Shown piece after piece: positions 32,601-44,768 of a DNA stretch of 64,000 nt. Source of the stretch: Azolla caroliniana (taxonomy: Eukaryota; Plantae; Polypodiophyta); contig JBHGNT010000001.1 of assembly GCA_043228905.1 (NCBI GenBank), forward strand, positions 1,674,001 to 1,738,000, written 5' to 3'. Below the pieces are notes generated by a model. It saw only the letters and a list, made by a program, of their open reading frames with translations, was not told the origin of the DNA and did no database searches. The translations under genes were made by a program, and so were the position numbers. Numbering within the stretch: position 1 is the stretch's first letter; the number at the start of each line of letters is the position of its first letter.

Positions 32601-35600
32601 TTAAGACTTGATCAGAACCTTACTTCAAGAACATATCTCTGAATTGACCTTTCGCATTTATTCTATCTAAAGTATTTGGTAGCCAATCTTGATATGCCTG
32701 CCTTAAAAGCCTGTCAGTTTCATCAATTACCTAACCAGTCAAAGGCCAGAAATTGTTAAAATAATGCAAAGTAGTACATAAGCTTTCTTCTTCAAACAAC
32801 ACTCATCAATATTTGATTTCTACGAGAATGATTGTCATATCATTGCACGCATTTGTCAAGGTTAAGATATATATGATGAAGGTCATCACAATCATGCAAC
32901 CAACAAAGATTCTGGTTGTTGAGATGCATCATTCAGCACACCATATAAGTAGATACAGTAGAGCAAAGAAATGGAAATGCAGAAGGTGACCAAGAACGTC
33001 AGTCTGACTCTTGAGTAGCACTACTTTTAGTGAGAATTCAATGTCCCAATAACTGAATAATTTCTCCACAAATATTCGTCAACAGAGGCAGGCCTAGCTA
33101 GGGGTGCAAATAAAGAGGAAAAGTAGTATTCATTCGTTATTATTAACTGAAATTAAATAATACAAAGTTAAGTATGGCCTCTGGACCACCATCAAAGTGG
33201 TCAAAAATTCAGTCAATGGGAATGGGAATGATGATCGATGATCACATTCTCATATATTTAGAAGGCAGAAGTTGTTTATCAACATTGAATTGCATCATTT
33301 TCATAACTAGCTTCACAATGCAATACATATGATATTACCCCATACACTTGATCTGAGTATTATTTATACTTAGGAGTGACTAGAAGAAAATGCTATGCTA
33401 TGCACTTCCATTTTAAGCAATAAATGTGATAACATACCATTCAACCATTCACTACATAATCCAGAAGAGCAAAAGAAGGATAGTAATGCTTACAAGATAT
33501 CTCAAATGTTCAAATGTGAATCCTTCTGTGCTTGAGATATGATCCATTAAACGTCCTGGTGTTGCAACAAGAATATCCACACAACTCTCAGGAAAATCCA
33601 GCAATTCAGCTTCTGCCTGGCTGAAACTGTCTACACACTTTTTCGGTGCCTTAACAAGCTCAGCAGCTTCATTAGCCATTTGTGTTTGTCCAATGGCTAA
33701 ACCAGCATATAAACCTACCGCTGATGCAATACTATCTAACACTCCCTTAACCTTTGAACACAAACAACAATTTAAACTAAATTAATAATTTGGAACTTAA
33801 AAATAACGACTTCGCAGAAAATCAAAATAAAATGAAAAATAGAAGAAACATAAAAAGGGAAGAGAGACAAAGGTTAGGAGTGAAATTAATTTTTCAACAA
33901 AACTAAATAGAAACTATGTGACCTTACCACAAACTTCAAACGACTGATCAGAGGTTCTTACACAGCAAAAGGTAACATTCCATATGATAGCAAGAAAAAT
34001 GACGCCCATCAGAGGACGCCAAGGCATTGGGAACCAAGTGTCAGGGGCATCAACAATCTCCACTTTATCAGTATGGAGATTAGGGAAATATGACTCCCAG
34101 CAAAGCATTGACCCCTCCTACTAAAGCTTCTTCAATATGGAAATATCAGTTATGCGACTAACAAGACCTTCAGCTGCACTATTGCTACCAGGATCCTTAT
34201 ATCTCAGTTTACATATATCAAGGTTCCCAAAATTGTCAATCTAAATTCATTATATGAAGTTCATCATGAATAAGCAGTAAAAACTATACGGGTTCCATGT
34301 TAGATTGATGAAAGCAAATATACATGGAAATAAAATTGTGCCACCATATCAATTAACTAATAAATCTTATGATGTATAGACCAAATGTAAACAACAGATG
34401 AGAACTTTTGTACATAAATGAGATAAGATTCGACTAGATGCACTCCCCTTTAGGGTACTTGAGGACATGTTGCTAACAAAAGTAAGGCAAGAAATGGATC
34501 CTAGACAGTCTAGAGTCTAAGTAGAAAGAGAGATATATAAACTATAAAGAGGCCAAAATGGCCTATGAAACTGAACGAGAGATTATATCTTAAAATGTTG
34601 TCTGATTGTTGAGAATAGTAAACCAAAACAAGTATCTAGATCAGCAAAACTGTCTAAGATACCAAATATTCCAGTTAACCAAACACTTAATGTTATGCAC
34701 TTAGATGGATAGAAAGTTTTGCCTTTGAAATATCTCAAACATGGGTTAATTCATGATGGAGCGATTTCTAAAGTGAGGCAAGCACCACAGTCCAGGTAAC
34801 AAAGGTAATGAGGTCATGGTCTAGATGGATGTGCCCTAGGTGCACAACAATTTGCTATATTTATGTAGTAAGATAATTCCTCTATATAAAGATGGGATAT
34901 GGTGCATAGATTCCCCACTAACTCTAGCAACCTATTAGGTGCATGCCTTTGTCTTGACATTGATTAATATACTGCATAGATTCCCCATTGTGTATCTACA
35001 GCATGAGCTGTGCACGAGCTACAAGGTTTTAGGGCTTAATGCCAAGGCAAAAATAGACAAAACAAGTCAGAACATAAATAATATTATATTTAAATTTTGA
35101 CAAAAAACTGAATCATGTCCACATCCATGCGCACATACACACTCAAGCAATGCAAATTTGCATGAATTTCAAAATTATAGTAGTTGCAATAACGTTCCAT
35201 GAGATGACAAAAACATATGATATATTGCATTCTTTCATAAAGAGACAAGGCAATTAATGTCAGTATGTAGCATCCAATTTGCTTGTATGTAATGGAAATA
35301 TAAACCTGAATTGCCAGATCACGTGTCGGTAGAACAATAAGGGCTCGTAGCCTTTTTACAACACGAGAAGATAGCATCTGGACAACTGGTAAACAATATG
35401 CCAATGTTTTTCCACTCCCTGTAGGTGAGCATATGCATAAGTCTCTCTCCCCTCCACCTGGTCCAATGATTTGCTTCCATACAGCCACTTGAACAGGAAA
35501 GAGACTTTTGACCCCAGTTTTATGGAGTGCTGAAATCAGTCTGCAAGGCACGAAAGTGAATCATCAATCATATACAAGACTCCAGTGTTTGGGATATTTT

Positions 35601-37271
35601 CTTTGGTAATCTGTCAAAGTTTCTGTATCATGCATGATTGCATGAAAGAATAGGAAATTATATGATTGTACCATGATTTTGGCCAATGAGAGCACCTTCT
35701 CTAGACAGTTAGAATGTGGTGAAAAATCTAGAATATATGGTGTTCCAAAAGTCCACAAGAGAATTATCCTTGATGATATCACTGGATTTGCCACTCTAAC
35801 ATGTAAGCAGCTCAGTTCTCATTATAATTTTTCACGACAATATACATAAAGGTATTTTAGTACAGAATATAAAATGATTTCGACCTCCCCAGAACTAAAA
35901 ATTATAAAAAATTAAGAACAGAGCCCATCTGAAAGAACAAGAAGATACAACAACTATTTTATAAACATATTCTAGCTAGGACAAATAGGTGGTTCTTAAG
36001 AAATTCCATTTCTGAAGAACATGGACACTTATTATAATTCCGCAACTCTAGAAACTTTGTACTTTGAAAGAGAATCACAACGTTGGAGAATAACTTGATG
36101 ACTTCCAGTTGTGTAGGAGTCTTACAAGTTTTAAGCAGGTGTAACTCGAAGCTCAACAGCATCCCTTACACCTCAATTTCGTAGGTGATACTATGTGAGC
36201 CATATAGTGGCCTTTCTAAAGGCATTTGTATTCAAGAATAGCAAAGATTTCACTTCACTTGAAAACAAATGTTGCAAAATAAGCATATGCACTCTTCCAG
36301 TGTAAATATTGTATAAAGTTTGTTAAGATGATGCTCTGAGTTTATCACTACTTGTGCTTCACTGTATCATATGCATTCTTTATGAAAACTAGCAACTTGC
36401 ATTGGTTTTGGTTTCCACTGGCAGTATAGCATACAAGTATTACTGAGAAAACTATATATATCAATCTAGCTACTTTTGGGTACTCATTTCATCTGGAGGT
36501 TTCCCACAGGCAATGTAAGTTACTACTAGACAAACTAAGCATAGCTATCTATCTACTCATGGATTTCCACTTTATCTTCAAGTTTTCCATTACCACTATT
36601 CATAATAACTAAACATATGTATTTATGCACTTGGTCTTTTCACCTCATATTAACTTTGTCACAATATATATAAGTTTTTATGATAAACAACTATAATATA
36701 TATATATACACCTTCCCACAAGTAATTTCAATTACTCCTACAGTCTGACATATATGCATGCACACACATGCACTTGTGGGTAGCTCACGGAAGAAGAAAA
36801 AATACACTATCCGCCAAATTCTAAGATTAATAAACAAACAAAAGAAAAATAAAATCAGGGAAAGTTTGAAAAATGACCACATACATATATATGGCACATA
36901 TAATACCTGGGGTCCAATCCAGGGACACGTTCAAGAGGTAGAGTAGGGAAGGAGTGGACGTCGATGGGGTTTCGCATCCATGGAAGAGAAGGTAATGATG
37001 GTACCCGTGTGGAAACATCAACATCCCCTTGCTTTGCACGCCTATGACCAGGAGGAAGAGGAACAGTTATGGTCTCTCGTTCAGCTGAAGGAAGAGAAAG
37101 AGGAGGTGGAGGAGAGTCAGATAAAGTTTCTTCTTCCTCATCCTCCTCTTCTTCTTCGTTTTCTTCTTCTTCTACTCCTACTTGGGTTGGCTTCTCTTCC
37201 TCTCTCTCCTCCTCTTCTTCTTCTCGAGCTCGTTTTGCCATCGCTTCACTCTCCGTCTCCGTCTTTGTCAA
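29638..37271 (-). CDS. RH1: DEAD-box RNA helicase RH1/DDX51/Dbp6 family; 9 exons: 37271-36907, 35540-35306, 33751-33494, 32730-32624, 32524-32341, 31959-31772, 30969-30765, 30679-30574, 29690-29638
   Basis: Acidic N-terminus, LPWMRNP, LFPVQ, SPTGSGKT, PTRDLA, TPGRLMDH, DETD, LSATLT, DAMTRGMD, HRVGRTARAG; all introns GT-AG with compatible phases. Confidence 0.93.
33914..34200 (-). mobile_element. Possible degenerate LINE-like fragment in a helicase intron
   Basis: Short Trp-rich reading (CWESYFP...PWRPLMGVIFLAIIW) reminiscent of non-LTR ORF2 C-termini; weak. Confidence 0.3.
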
Positions 37272-37416
37272 AACAGAGTATCTACATACAAAACGTCCTT
37301 CACTAAATTCTCTAGGAGTTCTGAAATCTACAAAAATACCCCTCCGTTTTCACAAATATCTGATAATACCCTTCGTACAAATATGTGGGGTATATATGGA
37401 CACACACTTTGTGTGT

Positions 37417-37436
37417 GTGGGCCCAACGCACGTGAG
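37417..37436. promoter_or_regulatory. Site II (TGGGCC) and G-box (CACGTG) about 150 bp upstream of the helicase ATG
   Basis: GTGGGCCCAACGCACGTGAG; site II motifs are common in promoters of ribosome-biogenesis genes. Confidence 0.45.
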
Positions 37437-38462
37437 GTTAATGAGAGTGAGATATAGGTGCACAACCGATTGTGTTTGATGTGCACAAGACCTAGTGTCT
37501 CCCTCCGCATAGATATATGTGAAGTAAGCATGCCACGATGCTTGATCCATGCTACTTGTACACTTCATTTGAGTCCTCGTTAATCCTTTGCACAATGTCA
37601 GTGTGGACAAGCTATCTCCTTTTCTAATGACTCACTAAATGCACACACCCTCATATTGCCTCCAAGATTGGTAAGACTTAGGAGGCAAGTTCTTGTCATG
37701 CGTGTGTCCTAATTCTATCTAAAGATAGAAGTTGTTTTGTATCAGAAGCATTAACATATATGAAGGGCGAGGATAGGCAAGTTATGTCCCAAGGGACAAT
37801 GCGATCAAAGAGCACATCATCACCTAGTGAACAAAAATATCACGACATCCTCATGCACTCCCATTCTCTTTCGAGATAGTTTCATCCCCTTTCTCGAACC
37901 ACAAAATGCGTTAATCAAATATATTTCTATTTAAGATACATCAAGGGACCTTTGTGGAGATAATTTACAAACTTATACACGGGACCTTGGTCCCATCTTC
38001 CTGTATGTATTGACATTGTGGACGAGGTATTATATAACCTACACCGTGTAATAGGTCTAGGATTTGATAGCACTCAAAGTTGGGATGATGTAGATGTTCA
38101 CGATGACCTCCCTCAAATATGCAGCACAATGTACTTACTATAAAGGATTCATGGTATGCAGGAGCCACCATGAAACCATTATTGTTTTTCAATTGCAAAT
38201 GTAATGCCGTTTCATCATAGTGTTCACATCTTCGATAAGTGGTGGTAAAGGGCAATCTTACCGGATTTTTGAAGGGCACTCAATGGTGGAATTAATTAAT
38301 GTGAGCGAGATTTACCCCTCTGTTCTTATGGAATTCCCACAAATGCTCTTACACATTTGAAAATTCCCTCGAAGACACCCCTTCTGTTTAACTATTACTT
38401 CCAAAATCCCTGCAAATTCGAGACATGGTAATGCTGATTTCGTCATGCCTTCACTCAGTTAG

Positions 38463-41033
38463 ATGATTGAGCTCCCATGCGTGGAATCCATATTGCAGGG
38501 ATGTAAAGAAACCAGAGATGCTTTCAAAGCCAAGAAAATGTATTATCTCTTATGCACAAGTGGTTTGGAAACACAGCCAACTGTTGGTAATTACATTGTT
38601 CCTATGTTTTCTCAAAATGGATGTTTATTCGAGGCAACACAAGCTTTTCGGAAGATGGGTCTTCATCAACAGAATGTGTATTCATGGACATCACTCATGT
38701 GTGGACATATTCAGTTTGAACAAATTCAACATGTCTTTCCAATATATGAAAAAATGAAAGAGTATGGTGTTCATCCTTGTAGTCATACATTTGTGGCTCT
38801 ATTAAAAACTTGTACTATATTGAAAGACGTGAAAAAAGGAAAACGTGTTCACATTGAAAGTTCACAGAATGGGTTCCGGAATGATGTTTTCGTGAACACT
38901 GCTTTGATCCATATGTACTTTAATTTCTTTTCACCTTCTGAGGCTCAACAGGTTTTCAATGATATGATTATTCACGATGTGGTGTCATGGAATGCGTTGA
39001 TTACAGGATACGTTGAACTTGGTCACAATGAAGATGCTTTGTTATGCTTTGATCAAATGAAGTTGAGAGGAAATTGTTCTCCAAATGTGGTTACTTATGT
39101 TTGTATATTGAAAGCTTGTATTAGCCTAAAAGCCACTGTGAAAGGAAGAGAAATACATATTGAGATAGTACAAAAGTTTCTAGACAGCGAGCTTTTGATC
39201 GGAAATACATTGATTGATATGTATTGCAAATCTGGCTCGCTATTAGAAGCTTGGGCGACTTTTGATGCTTTGTTAACACGAGATGTGGTGTCTTGGAACA
39301 CGTTACTTGGAGGGTTAGTTGCGGATAGCGAATCTTGTGAAGAAGCATTTAAATGTTTCAATTGGATGCAGCTGGAAGGAATCTTTCCGGATCCTCTTAC
39401 ATTTGTTTGCATCTTGAGAGCATGTGCTAACTTGTGCGATGCTGCAAAAGGATCCAAGTTTCACATGCAAATCATGCAGATGAAACTGAAAAAGGATATT
39501 TTTGTCAGGAATACTTTGGTAGATATGTATGCTAAGTGTGGCTTAGTTTTAGATGCACAAAAATCCTTCAATGAATTGCCTTCTCATGATGTGGTCTCTT
39601 GGAATGCCCTTATTTCAGGGTATGCTGAACATGGGCCTTTTGAGGAAGCATTAAAATGTTTTGATCACATGGAGCTATGTGATGTTATTCATGATGCCAC
39701 TACCTTTGTCTCCACTTTGAAAGCATGCGCTAACTTAGGAAACATTGACAAGGGTCACGAAATACACCAGAAAATCAAACAAAAGGGATTTGAGAGAAAT
39801 CTCTTTGTAGGCAGTACATTGGTTGATATGTATGCGAAGTGTGCCTCACTTGTTGAAGCTGAGAAGGCCTTCAAAGAGTTGATATTTCACGATGTCATGT
39901 CATGGAATGCGTTGGTTGCTGGCTATGCAGAACAAGGGATCTCCCACAGTTTGATAATACAATGCTTGGGTGAGATGCTAGCAGAAGGAACCAATCCTAA
40001 TGGAGTCACTTATGCATGCATTTTGAAATCATGTGCAACTCAACGTGATATCATCAAGGGTAGAGATTTACACAAAGAGGTCTCACAAAAAGGATTAGCA
40101 GAGGATCCTTTTGTTGGTAGTGCCCTGGTAGATATGTATACCAGATGCGGCTTACTCATCGAGGCTCGAAATGTCTTCGACAAACTTCCTGATCAAGATG
40201 TTGCCTCATGGAATGCTCTTATTGCGGGATGTGTGGAATGTGGATTTGATCAAGAAGCATTAGTTTTGTATAGGAAGATGCAAATAGTCAGTCTCTCTCC
40301 TGATGATGTTACTTTCGTTTGCACCTTGAGAGCATGTGCAAATGTAGGGGTTTTAGATAAGGGATATGCCATACACGCGGACATCACATATAAAGGAATT
40401 AAGCATGGCTTATATGTGGGTAACACAATACTCGATATGTATGCTAAGTGTGGGGCTCTTTCAGAGGCATGGGTGACTTTTATCAAGCTACCTAATCATG
40501 ATGTTATCTCGTGGAATACAATAATAAAGGGATATGGCTTGAATCATGATGGTAACATGGCTATGGAAATCTTTGAAGACATGAGAAAGCAAGGGGTGAA
40601 GCCAGATGCAATTACGTTCACTTGTCTCCTTACGGCATGTAGTCGAGCAAGCTTAGTAGCTGATGGCAGAGAGCTTTTCAAAGTGATGGGTGATCAGTAT
40701 GGCATTGAACCATCTATTAATCATTATAATTGTATGGTGGATTTACTTGCTCGATCTGGCCGTTTAAATGAAGCCGAGAAGTTTTTCCAAACCATACCTT
40801 GTCCTCCTTCCATGGCCTTGTGGACAGCTTTGTTAAGTGCTTGCAAGACCTTCGTGAAAGCAGAATTGGGTTCAAAATGCTTCTATGAACTTCTTCAGAA
40901 AGATCCAGATTGTGCTACTTCTTATAGCATTATGGCAAACATATGTGCAAGTGGTGACACACTTCATATGGTAAAGGAGCCAGAACCAAAGCTGCAGTCA
41001 AATAAGCTAAATGATGAATATGATTTCCAATAA
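38463..41033 (+). CDS. PLS-class PPR protein (856 aa) with E1 and partial E2, no DYW domain; true N-terminus may lie upstream
   Basis: P-L-S triplets; DVISWNTIIKGYGLNHDG; HYNCMVDLLARSG; WTALLSACK; ATSYSIMANI followed by an unrelated tail. Confidence 0.92.
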   Translation: MIELPCVESILQGCKETRDAFKAKKMYYLLCTSGLETQPTVGNYIVPMFSQNGCLFEATQAFRKMGLHQQNVYSWTSLMCGHIQFEQIQHVFPIYEKMKEYGVHPCSHTFVALLKTCTILKDVKKGKRVHIESSQNGFRNDVFVNTALIHMYFNFFSPSEAQQVFNDMIIHDVVSWNALITGYVELGHNEDALLCFDQMKLRGNCSPNVVTYVCILKACISLKATVKGREIHIEIVQKFLDSELLIGNTLIDMYCKSGSLLEAWATFDALLTRDVVSWNTLLGGLVADSESCEEAFKCFNWMQLEGIFPDPLTFVCILRACANLCDAAKGSKFHMQIMQMKLKKDIFVRNTLVDMYAKCGLVLDAQKSFNELPSHDVVSWNALISGYAEHGPFEEALKCFDHMELCDVIHDATTFVSTLKACANLGNIDKGHEIHQKIKQKGFERNLFVGSTLVDMYAKCASLVEAEKAFKELIFHDVMSWNALVAGYAEQGISHSLIIQCLGEMLAEGTNPNGVTYACILKSCATQRDIIKGRDLHKEVSQKGLAEDPFVGSALVDMYTRCGLLIEARNVFDKLPDQDVASWNALIAGCVECGFDQEALVLYRKMQIVSLSPDDVTFVCTLRACANVGVLDKGYAIHADITYKGIKHGLYVGNTILDMYAKCGALSEAWVTFIKLPNHDVISWNTIIKGYGLNHDGNMAMEIFEDMRKQGVKPDAITFTCLLTACSRASLVADGRELFKVMGDQYGIEPSINHYNCMVDLLARSGRLNEAEKFFQTIPCPPSMALWTALLSACKTFVKAELGSKCFYELLQKDPDCATSYSIMANICASGDTLHMVKEPEPKLQSNKLNDEYDFQ

Positions 41034-41705
41034 TATTACTGTAAGGAGCAGTATCACAGCTATTGTTGGAGGGAATATACAGATCACATCAATGTAAATG
41101 ACCACCCAAAGATTTCGACAAGATCGACACAATAAAATGTTGGTTTCTTTCTGATATGAAAGTAACCACAGGTATGATAGAATGTAATGGGTCAAAATGA
41201 AGTATGCCGTGTATAGTGTAACACCCCTTCTGTAATAGTGAAATCCAATGAATAGGTGGATTTGACCAACTGAATTCACATTATGGTGGATCAGAAGTTT
41301 CGAGATTGTGATGGTCATTGACTATTTGCATGATTGTGGTAAATTGAGCTATCAATTGATGTGGAAATCATAGAAAAGGAAATAGACCCACAAGATGGTG
41401 GAAGCAGACAAAGATTTTGCCCCTTTCTGTTGGTTTCAGACTTGTTGAAAGGGTGTGTGTCATCTCAAACACATGCCTCGTAAGAACCTTGAACCTTCAA
41501 TGCATCAATGTAAATAGTATATGATGGTGTTGGAAGCAACGAGATATATCGCCATGACATTGACAATAGCTCAAAAGGTGACACATGTCCAAATGGAGTG
41601 GTGACCCACATGAGGAAGATGTCATTTGGCTCATATTTCTTTTGACAAGGAAGTTTACCCCTCATCAAAGGTTTGAGACAGATGGTTTTATTGTCTATTT
41701 TCATC

Positions 41706-41882
41706 TATGACTTAAACAAACCACATCCAATTTGCACTACATCACACTATGCCTAATTTCAAAAACCAGAAGAGGGGTTGCTCCCACCTCATAGATATGA
41801 CTTCAACAAACCACATCTAATTTGCACTACATCCACACTATGCCTAATTTCAAAAACCAAAAGATGGGTTGTTCTCACCTCA
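41706..41882. repeat. ~91-bp tandem duplication
   Basis: Two copies of TATGACTT.AACAAACCACATC.AATTTGCACTACATC...CACCTCA. Confidence 0.85.
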
Positions 41883-42567
41883 AAGATGAGGTTTGTTTTG
41901 CATTGAGAAAATTTTATATGAAAGTGCCCACATGACTTTAGGATCGTAGAAGTCTTGCATTGCCGTAGTGGGTAGGTAGTCGGTTTATGGATAGGCATCG
42001 ATATAAGCTATAAACATATAGTTGATTGAATCACACTTTCTTCTTTCACATGTTCTCTATTGCTCCTTGTTTGGGGATGTGGCATTTGCGGTGATGCCCT
42101 ATGGGTTCTTAGCCCTTGTAATTAGTCCTTAAACTACCAAGATCAAAACTAATGACCATGATTAGCAACAAATTTTCTCCTCTAATCTATTTGTCCAAGG
42201 ATTGTGTGAATGTTATACCTTCCTATCATCATGATCAAAACTCACTCAAAAATCATTAAAATTTTCTTTTTTTGCAATTGCTTCACATTTTATAATTGAA
42301 ACAAAGTCAGATTGTAAAAGGATAGACATGCAAAAATACATTTTCCCGACTTCAAAAAGTATTGAAACATCGAAGACAAAACATTACATCCTAAAGCACA
42401 ATATAAAAGCATCTCCTTTATTGTCATACCAAAAAATAAAGTTCAACTTCGACTCCTCTTGTGTTCCACTATACAAATGTGTATGAGTTCTATTTATAAT
42501 AAATTAAAACCTTTGCCAATCAATGGATAATGTTAAGGAATTCCCAAATGAATGATTCAATTGTCAA

Positions 42568-44768
42568 TTAACTAGCTTCAATAAATTGCCTAATTACAGG
42601 ATGATTGGAATTCCCAAGTTCACTTGGCTTTGAAATCTCCACCACCTCACCATTCACTAAGACACACACAATGGAAGCAATTTTTTGTATTTGTTTGATG
42701 CTATGGGAAACGATGATAACTGTCAACCCATTTTTGCTTAGGTTTGTCACCGCATCTTCTATATTAGATGTAGATAGTGGGTCCAAGGCACTTGTGGGTT
42801 CATCTAGTAGCAAGACCTATACATCAAAAAAACATAAGAAATATATTAGTGAAAAACAGAGACGATCTACATGGCACACATGTACAACTCGAAAAGGGTT
42901 AGTTGATAAACTTGTACCATATGCTTTACAGTACATAATTGTCACTTATGATATTCTTGGACCCTTTACATTATCATAAAAATGCTCTGCATATTTTGCT
43001 CTTGGTCTAGTTTGTTGCTGCAACTTGCATTATGCATAAAGATGAAGTAGCATTTTTATTTTCCCTCCCAAGGAAACAATTTAGCATCCATTTATTTCAT
43101 TTCAAATAAGTAATCCAACCTAATCAAGGAATGCGCAAAACAACCTTAATAGTTTACTAATTTAACATGCCCTCTTAATGCCCCATGTTTAAAACATTAA
43201 AAGTTGCAAGAAACGACAAATCCTTGACAACACAAGATACAAGAGAACAGCCAAAATAATATGTGACAGGAAAGATAAGTTCCGATAAAATACGCATTCT
43301 AATTAACATAGTTTAGTTATACCCTCATCATGATTAATCAAAACCATTCTTGACTTCGTCATCTAACTCACATGTAGGAAAAAAGTTTTGATTTCAGTCA
43401 TGGTTTTTGAGAGAGGGATAAAGATAGAGAGATAGACACACACACATTTGTAGACACATTCATTTCGTACCTCCGGATTGTTTGCAAGTGTTCGGGCCAG
43501 TGCAACTCTTTGAGCTTGTCCAACTGAGAGAGTACCAACTGCTTTGGAGGCAAATGAAGGTTCCAAATCCGCTATTCGAAGAAGCTCCTCCACTCTCGAG
43601 TCTTCGAGTTTAATGCCAACAAGACTAGGTCCGTACCGCACATTATCAGCAACCGTCCCTAATCACACAATCCCCATAATTCAGTACACTCATTTCTATC
43701 CAAATTTTGCTAAAATGTTCAAAAACATATGGTACAAAAGGAATGGAAAGCAGATACTGTATCAGGTTCCTCGAAGTTCATTTTAGGATTAGAAGGGGGA
43801 AGAAAGGTAGATAGGGGTAGATATATCTCCTTGCAACCAGGCCTATGGTCCTACCCAGCTAAGGGCTGGGAAAGAAAGGAGGGGGGACCATCGTTAAGCA
43901 ATTAAGGAGTACCATGGCTAATAGGGGCCACTCCATTCCCTCTTCTGATAGATCAATGTCTGGCATACACCTCCAGGATGGGGGGGACAACATGGGATCC
44001 ATTATGATCACATCCTAATATTATTAAGGTATTGTAATGGTCAACGGAGATGGCAAATAAAGACAATACAGATCTATTCAGTGTCCCCGCATGATCCTCA
44101 TATCCGTTTTTGAGCATGCCAAGATTTGTACAAGTGCAAAGATAGATACATTAGAATTTTTCATTACTATTATGGCTGGTGGCGGCGCGCTCCCCTCGGA
44201 GTTCAGATGACAGAGTAAAAGAAGAAGGTTGCTAAGGAACGGAACGGAACGGAACGGTACGGAGAGCATAAGATTAGGGTTAGGGTTAGGGTTAGGGTTA
44301 CCATCGAAAAGGGCAGGGAGTTGGAAGAGCATGCCGACTCTGCGGCGGAGGGAAAGGACGTCGAGGGTGGTGATGTCGACACCGTCGAGGAAGACGGAGG
44401 ATGGGGGAGGCTCTGAGAGGCGGTTGAGAGCACGGAGGAGCGTAGATTTGCGTAGATTTGCCGCTCCCACTGGGCCCCATGATCCCCACCACAGAGCCAG
44501 CCGAAACGTCCAGCGACACATCTCTCAGAATCACTGCACCCGTATCCTCCACCGTCCGGCACAGATTCTGAATTCTCACCTTCACTGTCTCAGCACTAGC
44601 AGCCACCCCTCTTCCATTTCCATCGTAATTATCTATCCCATGTCCCCCTCTCACTCTCAGCCTTACTTCCCTTCTCTCTGAATCTTCTGCATCATCATCA
44701 TCATCATCTTCTTCTTCTTCTTTACCATATCTGTCATCGATCTTCTTCAATAGAAGCTCTTTGCTCAT
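42568..44768 (-). pseudogene. STAR1: ABCI17/STAR1 (NAP3) bacterial-type ABC ATPase; exons 44768-44302, 43658-43471, 42816-42568; frameshifted by a 10-bp duplication at 44441-44460
   Basis: GIMGPSGSGKST|LLRALNRL, VGMLFQLPALFDG, TVADNVRYGP, LSVGQAQRVALARTLAN, VLLLDEPTSALDP, VSHSIKQI; CGTAGATTTG is present twice. Confidence 0.88.
44274..44300 (+). repeat. (TTAGGG)4 telomere-like repeat at the STAR1 intron-1 donor, next to a (GGAAC)4 repeat at ~44236-44257
   Basis: TTAGGGTTAGGGTTAGGGTTAGGGTTA read directly. Confidence 0.9.

Noticed and set aside
36980-37479. Plus-strand Ser/Leu-rich ORFs
   Set aside because: Antisense shadows of the Glu-rich first exon of the helicase
41034-41420. Possible decayed DYW domain after the third PPR gene
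   Set aside because: No HxE, CxxC or KP-box remnant could be read by eye
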